Assembly (NCBI GenBank): GCA_002407045.1
Contig: DHKB01000011.1
Coordinates: 6,906 to 70,905, forward strand
Origin: Candidatus Bruticola papionis
GTDB lineage: Bacteria > Vulcanimicrobiota > Xenobia > Xenobiales > Xenobiaceae
Direction of reading: 5' to 3'
Length of the DNA stretch: 64,000 bases
The notes under the pieces were generated by a model. That model was given only the letters and a program-made list of their open reading frames with translations. It was not told the DNA's origin and made no database searches. Shown in pieces: positions 1-8,086 of this stretch; the first letter of the stretch is position 1, and every line of letters starts with the position of its first letter. The position numbers and the translations under genes are program-made.

Positions 1-90
1 CCAATATTGCAAATTTCTGACGGAGACTTGCATAAACTCAGCAGCTTCGCCCTGACTCAGATATATGGGAGCTTTGGCCAAAAACTCCAT
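1..90 (-). CDS. Helix-turn-helix DNA-binding protein (excisionase/MerR-like HTH). Only the 5' part is present; the ORF runs off the window start.
   Basis: Minus-strand ATG at 88-90 opens MEFLAKAPIYLSQGEAAEFMQVSVRNLQYW, an HTH-like segment, with no stop before position 1. It is too short for a firm family call. Confidence 0.4.
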   Translation of the reverse strand, partial: MEFLAKAPIYLSQGEAAEFMQVSVRNLQYW

Positions 91-173
91 TTGTCTTACG
101 TCTGAAATTTTCTTTATCACAATTATTGTTTTCTTTTGAATATCTATTTTACCTTGTAGGTTTTACACAAAAT

Positions 174-213
174 TTGTATATTTTTACACATTTTTTGTGT
201 AAAAATATACAAA
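174..213. promoter_or_regulatory. Perfect 17-bp inverted repeat, a candidate operator
   Basis: TTGTATATTTTTACACA (174-190), a 6-nt T spacer, then TGTGTAAAAATATACAA (197-213). The arms are exact reverse complements. A third TTTACACAAAA half-site lies at 162-172. The repeat sits between the divergent HTH gene and the 256-284 promoter. Confidence 0.5.
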
Positions 214-255
214 TAAATATTATAAATTAGTAATTTACAATTAAGAAAATTATTG

Positions 256-284
256 TTGACTTATCGAATGTTTGCCTTTATAAT
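256..284 (+). promoter_or_regulatory. Near-consensus sigma70-type promoter
   Basis: TTGACT (256-261), a 17-nt spacer, then TATAAT (279-284). Confidence 0.6.
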
Positions 285-290
285 CACAGG

Positions 291-420
291 TGTTAAGAGC
301 GTTGAAGAAATCTTAACGCTGGAAATGTCGAAGTCATCCCGTCTTTGGCATCAAGCAAAGTTCCTCCTAATCCCTTGCGTCCCCCTTATGACTCACACTC
401 AAGGGGGTCGTTTTATTTTT
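291..420 (+). ncRNA. Candidate small RNA (~130 nt) of unknown family
   Basis: It is bounded by the consensus promoter at 256-284 and an intrinsic terminator at 378-420. An internal hairpin is AGCGTTGAAG/CTTAACGCT. The only ORF here (253..474) reads straight through two terminator hairpins. I recognised no SRP, 6S, tmRNA or RNase P signatures. Confidence 0.4.
378..420 (+). terminator. Rho-independent terminator
   Basis: GC-rich stem CCCCCTT (381-387) / AAGGGGG (401-407), extended by CG/CG pairs, followed by TTTTATTTTT (411-420). Confidence 0.7.
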
Positions 421-425
421 ATCCA

Positions 426-472
426 TAAAAAAGGGCGAGACAGGCCACCGCCGACGGCCCGTCTCGCCTTTT
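426..472. terminator. Second, bidirectional terminator hairpin
   Basis: GGCGAGACAGGCC (434-446) pairs with GGCCCGTCTCGCC (456-468) with one mismatch. An A-run lies upstream and a T-run downstream. Confidence 0.6.
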
Positions 473-637
473 AAATATTATTTTTATTAAGAAGGGAAAA
501 AAACAGCCTTACAGAACTTCCCCGCGCCTTATGTTATTGAGTACGCTCCAACAATTATATTGTTTTGCTGCTGAAAGTATGGGTCATTCCTGGCCATCGT
601 TCAGGAATGTTGGTTTTATTTACGAAAATATGCTGTG

Positions 638-673
638 GCCGCTCCTTTGTTGAAAGAGAGACGGCTTTTTTTT
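638..673 (+). terminator. Possible terminator upstream of pit
   Basis: Imperfect hairpin GCCGCTCCTTTG...AAAGAGAGACGGC followed by a T8 run (666-673). Confidence 0.35.
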
Positions 674-765
674 ATTAGATCGCTCAGACCATATAGTATG
701 AATTAAATTCGAAAACGCACATTTACATACAGAAACGTAGTATAGGAAAGTAGAAAAAGAAAGAA

Positions 766-1800
766 ATGCATGAAACCATTTGGATTTTAGCTGCAGTCGT
801 AATAATTGCACTAGCATTCGATTACGTAAACGGTTTCCACGACGCAGCCAATGCTATAGCCACGGTAGTTTCTACCCGAGCTTTATCACCCAGAACAGCT
901 GTTATAATGGCAGCTTGCTGCAACTTCTGCGGTGCACTCCTCTTTACCGGAGTAGCCAAGACCATCACTAGCGGTATCGTGGAAGGCGATGCCATGAATA
1001 GTCAATCACTAATTCTATCGGCACTAATAGGCGCCATTATCTGGAACCTTCTCACCTGGCTTTGGGGCTTGCCTTCCTCTTCTTCTCACGCTTTGGTGGG
1101 CGGTTTGGTAGGCGTGGCTTTGGCCCGCGCTGGCACGGACGGTGTAAAGTGGTGGGGAGTTATGGATCACGTAGTTATCCCCGGCTTAGTTTCACCTCTG
1201 GTCGGTTTAATACTCGGTTATTGCATTATGCTCTCTCTGTACTGGATTTTGCGTCACCAGCACCCTTCTATCGGCCACAAATTTAAGTATGCTCAGTGGC
1301 TCTCTTCCAGCCTTATGGCTTTTTCCCACGGTTCCAATGATGCCCAAAAAGTTATGGGTATTATCACTTTAGCTCTCTTCACCGCTACCAGCACAGGCCT
1401 GATCGAGCACCATTGGCAGCCCGATTTGGAAGTACGTTGGTTTACCAAAATAGCTTGCGCTACCGTGATTGCTTTAGGAACTTCCGGCGGCGGCTGGCGT
1501 ATCATTAAAACTTTAGGCGCCAAAGTAGTTCGCTTGCAACCCGTTCACGGATTTGCCGCTGACTTGACCTCCTCTACCATTCTTTTAACGACTGCAGCTT
1601 TAGGTATGCCTATTTCCACTACTCACGTCATTACCGCCAGTATCATGGGTGTAGGTGCCGTTAAGCGTGTAAATGCCGTACGCTGGAGTATTGCTAATAA
1701 CATTTTGGTAGCTTGGGTCTTAACTCTTCCCGCTGCTGCTACAATGTCGGCTATTACTTATCACATTTTGAAGTATGTCGATCCGGCTCTCTACAACTAA
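766..1800 (+). CDS. pit: Inorganic phosphate transporter, PiT family
   Basis: Polytopic 344-aa ORF with the duplicated PiT signatures GFHDAANAIATVV and HGSNDAQKVMGI. Confidence 0.9.
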   Translation: MHETIWILAAVVIIALAFDYVNGFHDAANAIATVVSTRALSPRTAVIMAACCNFCGALLFTGVAKTITSGIVEGDAMNSQSLILSALIGAIIWNLLTWLWGLPSSSSHALVGGLVGVALARAGTDGVKWWGVMDHVVIPGLVSPLVGLILGYCIMLSLYWILRHQHPSIGHKFKYAQWLSSSLMAFSHGSNDAQKVMGIITLALFTATSTGLIEHHWQPDLEVRWFTKIACATVIALGTSGGGWRIIKTLGAKVVRLQPVHGFAADLTSSTILLTTAALGMPISTTHVITASIMGVGAVKRVNAVRWSIANNILVAWVLTLPAAATMSAITYHILKYVDPALYN

Positions 1801-1825
1801 TAAGCGATTTTAATAATTGACAGCA

Positions 1826-1866
1826 AAAAATAAGAGCGGATTCAATAAATCCGCTCTTATTTTTTT
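1826..1866. terminator. Bidirectional terminator between convergent genes
   Basis: ATAAGAGCGGA (1830-1840) pairs with TCCGCTCTTAT (1850-1860). It is flanked by an A6 run and a T6 run, and the T-run overlaps the stop codon of the minus-strand gene. Confidence 0.8.
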
Positions 1867-4465
1867 AATCGTCACCGCGACTACGCCTTAAAAGCAAAGG
1901 CGCCGTCGGAGCTAAAGGATCTTCAGTAAAATCTTCTCTGGAGATTTGCTTTTCAGCTGCTTCAGGAGGTGATGTAGCCGGACGAGCTGACTTGTTAGGA
2001 AGCAGCGGATGAGGTTTTACTTCACCACGCCGCTCAGCAGCAGCCGCTGCTTCTTCCAAACTTCTAGCGCTGCGAGGCTGATTTTGACGAGTAGCTGACT
2101 CAGATTGACGTACGGCAGCAGCTAAGCCACTCTTAGCTGGCGGCTGGCCAAAAACCCGACCTGAAGGTTGCACTTTGGGGCGAGCGTGCTCTTTGTGCAA
2201 GGGAGAATCTTCAGAACCGGCATGACGAACAGGAGTCGACTCAGTGTTGGCTTTGCGCAAACCACCTGAAGAAGTAGCAGCGGTAGGACGAGCAAAGTCG
2301 GAAGCGCCGACCTGGGGAGCAGGCGCTGGCGAATTGGCCTTTTCGACCGCCGAAGGACGTTTGGCGCCGCCTAAAGCCATAGGCCGATAGCCTCCACGCA
2401 CAGACGGCTGAGGCTGAGGAGCACTTTCCGCTTTGGGCTCGTTGGCAGCGGCGGAGGTAGCCTCAGTCAGTTTGACTGGACGCACAACTGGACGAGGTGG
2501 CGCCGCAGGTTCGGCGGTAGCAATTTGATTTACTGGAGTAGGTTCCAAAGAGCTGCGCCCTACACTGCTTTTTGCCGAAGATGGCACTTTGAAAGCAGCT
2601 CTAGGTAAAGAGGGCGCCTTAGCTGAAGTCGGCGCTTCAGGCGCTTCGGCAGCAACATTTAAACCTGTCATTTGCGGAATAGCGGCGGCTAAAGCAGCAG
2701 AAGTGACAGCCACAACATAGGGAACAGGTGAAGTGCTGGGGATAATAGCACTGGGCTTGCTCACTTTAAAGCGCTGGCGCAAAGTATTTTGCCCACCGTC
2801 ACTTATAAACTGGACTACACCGCCGCGAGGATGAGCTGCCGAGACAACAACTTCACCGCTGCCACGTACCAACCAATTTTCTACACAACGGCCAGTTTCG
2901 GAAGTGCCACTGAAAAATGGCACATTCAGACTCTGACGCAAATGTAAAGACACCACACCGGAGAGTTGTTCATGCTCACTCAAATGTTGTCCAATCAGCA
3001 ACTCAGCATTTTCGGGGATGGAAATTTCAGAAATTAAAGGTTCGTCTTTGGAGCGCAGCTCTTCAGTAAGCCAAGTTGGCAAATAGCCTTCGTTGCGTAT
3101 CTCTACAGAAATTACACGCAAAGGTAACAGCTCTTCAGCCTCACCATCTTCAGGCTCAGCCCAGCCAACAATTTCGTCACGACATTCTCCAAGCCCAATC
3201 TTGGGTACAACCGTAGCCAAGCAAAGAGCCAGGTTTACTTCACTTTCACAAATAGTGGAAAGCATTTCACCCACCGGAGGATTACTCCAACTTACAGAAG
3301 TATCCCAACCACCTACTTCTACCTCACCTAATTGCGGATGTTCACATTTTTCCCACTTGACAAAGCCTTGGCCGTGATTATTGTAATCGAGCCAGCGCAA
3401 CACAGCCAGCAAAGCATGTTCTTGCGATTTGTCAGTTGCATTCTCTATGCCAGCTTCACGCAACAAATTCCAACCATCAACACGCAAACAAGGAACGCCA
3501 AGTTCTTTATAGACCCAATCGGCGAAGTCACAACATTCGGCAACTTCTTCTATAGGAATATTACTGAGTTCCGAAGCCTTTGAAGCTAAAATTTTCATTA
3601 AAGCTTGATCGCGTCTGTGTACTTCTGGAGAAGAGGTAACTTGAATCGTGCCAGAACCGCTACGGAAAGAAATAGCCAAACATAAATTGTTTAGACTATG
3701 CAAAAAAGCACTGATAAGACGGGATTCTATTTGAGAAAAAGGTCCTACAAAACCATTACCACCATAGTGATGATCAATAGGGCCACACTCTTGGGTAAAG
3801 TCATGGCTCAATTCGCGCTTGGAATTGACTAAGCGCAAGTGAATCGGGGCTCCGTCTTCCTTATCAAGCAAGCCTTCGCGATAAAGACGATAATAGGTGT
3901 CGCCTACATCACCAGGCTGACGAGGAATAAGTAAGCGCTCATCTCTTTTACTAACTTTCCATTGGCCATATGGATCTTCGACACGCATTTGCAAAATACG
4001 GCCGTCGCCATTGACATCGCCGGGAACTAAGCCTTCGCGTAATCCATCTAAAAATCCCAAACGGCGGCCCGCAGAAGTAGACAAGCCAGAAGTCAGACAT
4101 AATTCAGCGCCATCTGGAGCTAAGCGGGGCACTATATAAAAAGTGTTATTGTCCAACAACTCGGTAATGGAAGGACTGCGTCCATACTCGGCAGAGAGTC
4201 GTTGTAAGATAGCCAAACAAGCCGTAGAAGCAGATAATTGACTACCGTGAATATTGCCATCAATCCAAATAGCCGGCTTGCTGGAAGCTGCTCCATTATT
4301 GGTATTGGTAACTTCAGCTGCCCATAAAGAACGACCGCCCATAGTATTTCCCAAAGAGAAAATACGCACCAACTGAGGAACAGCTTCAGCAATACTGTTT
4401 AAGTAGGCGGTCAATTCTTCATAATTGAGATAAGCTTCTGTATTTAAAGGTGGTACTATTGGCAA
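1865..4465 (-). CDS. M14 carboxypeptidase-like protein, probably catalytically inactive, with a long Pro/Ala/Ser-rich C-terminal tail
   Basis: The N-terminal ~300 aa follow the M14 layout (AIWIDGNIHGSQLSAS...DVNGDG...AISFRSGSG), but the Zn and substrate positions are substituted. The last ~280 aa are low-complexity and rich in P, A, S, K and R. Confidence 0.6.
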   Translation of the reverse strand: MPIVPPLNTEAYLNYEELTAYLNSIAEAVPQLVRIFSLGNTMGGRSLWAAEVTNTNNGAASSKPAIWIDGNIHGSQLSASTACLAILQRLSAEYGRSPSITELLDNNTFYIVPRLAPDGAELCLTSGLSTSAGRRLGFLDGLREGLVPGDVNGDGRILQMRVEDPYGQWKVSKRDERLLIPRQPGDVGDTYYRLYREGLLDKEDGAPIHLRLVNSKRELSHDFTQECGPIDHHYGGNGFVGPFSQIESRLISAFLHSLNNLCLAISFRSGSGTIQVTSSPEVHRRDQALMKILASKASELSNIPIEEVAECCDFADWVYKELGVPCLRVDGWNLLREAGIENATDKSQEHALLAVLRWLDYNNHGQGFVKWEKCEHPQLGEVEVGGWDTSVSWSNPPVGEMLSTICESEVNLALCLATVVPKIGLGECRDEIVGWAEPEDGEAEELLPLRVISVEIRNEGYLPTWLTEELRSKDEPLISEISIPENAELLIGQHLSEHEQLSGVVSLHLRQSLNVPFFSGTSETGRCVENWLVRGSGEVVVSAAHPRGGVVQFISDGGQNTLRQRFKVSKPSAIIPSTSPVPYVVAVTSAALAAAIPQMTGLNVAAEAPEAPTSAKAPSLPRAAFKVPSSAKSSVGRSSLEPTPVNQIATAEPAAPPRPVVRPVKLTEATSAAANEPKAESAPQPQPSVRGGYRPMALGGAKRPSAVEKANSPAPAPQVGASDFARPTAATSSGGLRKANTESTPVRHAGSEDSPLHKEHARPKVQPSGRVFGQPPAKSGLAAAVRQSESATRQNQPRSARSLEEAAAAAERRGEVKPHPLLPNKSARPATSPPEAAEKQISREDFTEDPLAPTAPLLLRRSRGDD

Positions 4466-4510
4466 AAAATCTCACGCTCCAAACTAAGCTTTTTAGCAAA
4501 TGGCCTGTTA

Positions 4511-6346
4511 TTATATATTGATGTCCAAACCGCTGAATCCCACAAAAGCATCTAAAGGATCGGCCTTTGTCTTCTTCATTTCCAAAATAAGAGAAGTGCC
4601 GTCGTCACCCGTGCATAAGTAGACACAATCGCACATTTCCAGCATAACCGAATAGCCCAATCCCAACGAGGGAGTTTCTCCCATAGAGAACCCAGGCAAA
4701 AGCACAGCTTTGGGCAAGTTATCAAAGGCGATACCGTGACCTACGTCGTCCAGACGAACGTGAATGCCATCGTCTTCCACTCGGATACTCATGCTGCCAG
4801 GAGGGCCGTATTTCACTACATTGGTAGCCGCTTCAGAGACACAAGTGACCATATCAAAGAGTCGATCTTTACCAAAGCCTTGCTCTTCCATAACTTTTTC
4901 AGAAATACGGCGGGATTGCGGCACATCAGCCTTTTCTTTCAAAGCCAAAGTAGCCACTTCACGACCACATTTTGCCCAGTGGCTATCTAATTCGTCGCGT
5001 TCACAAAATACCAATTTTCCGGAAGTAAGTGAATTTAAAGCGTCACGGTAAAAACGACGGCGATTAGCTTCTTCTTCCAAACGGCGTTTCACATTGATGG
5101 CATTTTGTAAGGCCAAACCAGCTTGAATACCGACTGAGATGAGGAAAGAGTTATTTTCTCTGGATAGAGCGGTCTCTTTGTCAGCTAAAGCCCAAATGCA
5201 ACCGATATGCTCAACTCCAACGGTTAAAGCCACACAAACAACGCCACTGAGACCAGCTTCACGCAAAGAAGCGGCCGCAGGATCGGGGTCGCGCTCCAAA
5301 TCTTTGATAACCCTAATCGACTGATGGGGTAAAAGACGCGAACAAAAAGAATCAACAGTCCTTTTTATTGAAGGAGAAACGATTCCGTCAACATCGTGAT
5401 CAACCACTTCACCAAAGCCTTTGAGCTTTATACCACAGCAACGATAACCGCACATTTCACGCACAGTTTCAGTAATAATGTTGATAACTTTGGATACGTC
5501 GAAGGCTCTACTCAAACGCAAGGCCAAGCTATATAAGCTGACCAAATTGCGACTGGCCACAAATTCTTCTACCGGCATATTGTGGGCCTGGCGAATCAAG
5601 GCCACACTTCCCATGTAATTGCCTTCTTTATCAAAGCGAGGCGTGGCATCGATCTCAACTACCTGGCCACTAGAACGCAAACGCACTACATAAGGCGAAA
5701 TAATACCATTGCGCAATTGCACCTGAACGGCATCCAAGCAAGGAATATCGCGGGCATCAACCAACTCGCTGACATATCGCCCTTCAATATTGCCCATACC
5801 AACCATGCCTTTGAAAGCATTGTTGGCCCAACGTACAATATCTTTGCTGTCAGTATCAACTACGCCTTGACGCACACGATTAAGCAATTTGCGGTAGCGC
5901 TCGTGCACCGGCGCTTCACGTCCTTTAACTTCCCACCAAGTGCCACAAGCACGCATAAGACGACAAGAATACTTCGCACAAGCGAATGAAGTATAACAAA
6001 GGTAGGCAGCTCGCACTCTCGGACAATCAATCTCTTTATCCGCTTGGTTAGCAAAGCCGTTTTCTAAAGCTAAACTGTCGAATAAGAAAAATAATTCCAC
6101 ATCGAAAGAATGTTGCAAGAGCAAACGACTCATCTCGTTCTGCTGAGGGAAATCGGTATTAACAGCCGCAAATTGTATATTTTCGCCGGAAAGCAAATAT
6201 TCTCTGGCTTCCTCAAGGTTGGAAGCTAATTTAACATCACAGCCGAGCCTTACCAAACCGTTGGCAAAAGCTTCTTGCTCCAAATTAGAAGCACCGACAA
6301 TTAAAATACTGCGCGGACTTTTATTTTTATTGCTGGAAATAGACAC
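4511..6346 (-). CDS. Multidomain sensor: receiver-like domain, PAS, GAF, and an RsbW/SpoIIAB-type HATPase (anti-sigma serine kinase-like) domain
   Basis: The N-terminal REC-like fold (ILIVGASNLEQEAF...) lacks the acidic DD pair. The C-terminus carries N-box and G-box motifs (EAATNVVKYG, DDVGHGI, GLGLGYS). Confidence 0.65.
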   Translation of the reverse strand: MSISSNKNKSPRSILIVGASNLEQEAFANGLVRLGCDVKLASNLEEAREYLLSGENIQFAAVNTDFPQQNEMSRLLLQHSFDVELFFLFDSLALENGFANQADKEIDCPRVRAAYLCYTSFACAKYSCRLMRACGTWWEVKGREAPVHERYRKLLNRVRQGVVDTDSKDIVRWANNAFKGMVGMGNIEGRYVSELVDARDIPCLDAVQVQLRNGIISPYVVRLRSSGQVVEIDATPRFDKEGNYMGSVALIRQAHNMPVEEFVASRNLVSLYSLALRLSRAFDVSKVINIITETVREMCGYRCCGIKLKGFGEVVDHDVDGIVSPSIKRTVDSFCSRLLPHQSIRVIKDLERDPDPAAASLREAGLSGVVCVALTVGVEHIGCIWALADKETALSRENNSFLISVGIQAGLALQNAINVKRRLEEEANRRRFYRDALNSLTSGKLVFCERDELDSHWAKCGREVATLALKEKADVPQSRRISEKVMEEQGFGKDRLFDMVTCVSEAATNVVKYGPPGSMSIRVEDDGIHVRLDDVGHGIAFDNLPKAVLLPGFSMGETPSLGLGYSVMLEMCDCVYLCTGDDGTSLILEMKKTKADPLDAFVGFSGLDINI

Positions 6347-6493
6347 GCCGAAAAGCTTTCACAAAAAAAGACAGATTCCCCCCAATAGTCAATTGGTTGC
6401 TAAAGCTCCAAAACTTTTCCACCAGAAACGATTGTACTGCCTAAGAACTAACATTCAAGGATATGCCCAATTGCGCTGGAAAGATAGTGGCAA

Positions 6494-7939
6494 ATGAGCG
6501 GTAAGAGAATTTTATTAGTGCTGGTAGCCTTAACTCTATGGCTACCTTTAGTAGTTCCGGCTTTTTTTAAAAATGCCGACGGTTCTTCTTGGCAAAAGTC
6601 CTTTCATACTAATTTGGAAGTAAGACTTGCTTCCAGAGCTATGCGTATAAGCCAAAAATGTCATTTGCCAGCAATGCAAAGCCAGGTTGTGGCCTTATTG
6701 GATGAGATAGACTTTGACAAAGCTCCAAGTTCAATTATTCATAATGCGTCTTCTTTATACTACCTTTGCCATGAGCCCAATAAAGCTCTGAATCTTTTGC
6801 AAAAAGTACGTGCTGAGGAAGCCAACTCCGTAACTGAAGTTCTATTCAAAATAAGCCATGGGCAAACTCCAACTCCGGAAGAGACACAAAGTGCTTTCAA
6901 TTTACTAAATATAGAGTTAAAAGAAGCTCTCGATACTTTTTATAATGATCCCTTAGCCTATAGCTTTATTATGCAAGCTATGCAAAAAAGTGCTATCCAA
7001 CCGGAACAAAACGAACGTTTGGGAGAATGCGTAGCCTCTTTGCAACACAAAGCAGACCGTTTTCTGACTGTTTTGGCTCTATGGGGAGTTTTTTCTGCCT
7101 TATCTTTCATTTTGTTAGCGGCCTTCGTCATCAAGGCCTTCTCTTCCCCAAAAGATAAACAGACAAGTGAAAAAGGCCAGCCAGAAGGCCATTTCCTTTG
7201 GAAGCCAATTCCTACGCTTTTTTTGTTCGTTGCTCTCAACTGGCTGGGCGCTTGCCTAAGTGCCCTTCTAACGGCTCTATCACTTCATCTAATCGGCACA
7301 GACAAGCATTATATTCCCGTCATTTTGTTCTCCTCGCAGATGCTTGTTTATATTGTATCCATCGCCATTTTAGCGTTGACAATCAAATATGTATGTGAAC
7401 CAGATGAGGTTGAACTCTCTGCTCTTTCCCGTTGGCAAGGGATAAAAAAATCGGCCATATTTTTATTTAGAGCGCTGCGTTTGCATGAATTTAAAGCTGC
7501 CTATATAGCCTACGGCTGCGCAGCTTTTGCTCTAGCTGGCCTTACAGCCGCCCTTATGTCTTTACTTACTTCGCTTTTTATTCACTCCCCAGTACAATCG
7601 AATAACATAGTGTTGGCCTTCTTGTTAGAAGCTCCGGAGCCAATCTTTTGGCTGCTCTTCTTCTTAGTTGTTAGCGGCCCACTTTATGAAGAGATCATCT
7701 ATCGCGGCTTACTTTTTTCCGGACTTAGCAAAACGGCTACTGTTATAGGTGCAGCATTTATAAGTTCACTTATGTTTTCGTCGGTGCATGGCGATCCTCA
7801 AGGCCTTTTAGTTCTAGCTGGATTGGGAATGGTATTTTGCGCAATTCGCCATTATACAGGCAGCTTATGGCCCTCCGTCATAGCCCACGCCCTCTGGAAT
7901 TGCCAAGTAGCTATTTATGTACTGGTCGTAGGTCGTTAA
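6494..7939 (+). CDS. CPBP family (CAAX/Abi-type) intramembrane glutamic endopeptidase with a long N-terminal extension
   Basis: CPBP motifs EEIIYRGLLF, FSSVHG and HALWN sit in the C-terminal multi-TM region. Confidence 0.8.
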   Translation: MSGKRILLVLVALTLWLPLVVPAFFKNADGSSWQKSFHTNLEVRLASRAMRISQKCHLPAMQSQVVALLDEIDFDKAPSSIIHNASSLYYLCHEPNKALNLLQKVRAEEANSVTEVLFKISHGQTPTPEETQSAFNLLNIELKEALDTFYNDPLAYSFIMQAMQKSAIQPEQNERLGECVASLQHKADRFLTVLALWGVFSALSFILLAAFVIKAFSSPKDKQTSEKGQPEGHFLWKPIPTLFLFVALNWLGACLSALLTALSLHLIGTDKHYIPVILFSSQMLVYIVSIAILALTIKYVCEPDEVELSALSRWQGIKKSAIFLFRALRLHEFKAAYIAYGCAAFALAGLTAALMSLLTSLFIHSPVQSNNIVLAFLLEAPEPIFWLLFFLVVSGPLYEEIIYRGLLFSGLSKTATVIGAAFISSLMFSSVHGDPQGLLVLAGLGMVFCAIRHYTGSLWPSVIAHALWNCQVAIYVLVVGR

Positions 7940-7989
7940 TTATTAGCGAAAATTCACTTTTTGCATAGAAGTGTACGTCTCCAGATAAT

Positions 7990-8027
7990 AAAAAAAGAAG
8001 CCTTCCCTAAGGAAAGCTTCTTTTTTT
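7990..8027. terminator. Bidirectional terminator between convergent genes
   Basis: GAAGCCTTCC (7997-8006) pairs with GGAAAGCTTC (8011-8020) with one mismatch. It is flanked by A- and T-runs. Confidence 0.7.
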
Positions 8028-8086
8028 AGCTTCAGCTATTCTACACAACTAGCCAACAGCAGCTGAATAGAAAGAGCACGAAGAGC

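Noticed and set aside
253-474. 73-aa ORF overlapping the promoter and terminator unit
   Set aside because: It starts inside the -35 region, has no RBS, and reads through two intrinsic terminator hairpins. A non-coding transcript is the better explanation.
1865-2700. Pro/Ala/Ser-rich tail of the M14-like protein as a tandem DNA repeat
   Set aside because: It is compositionally biased, but I found no exact or near-exact periodic nucleotide unit.
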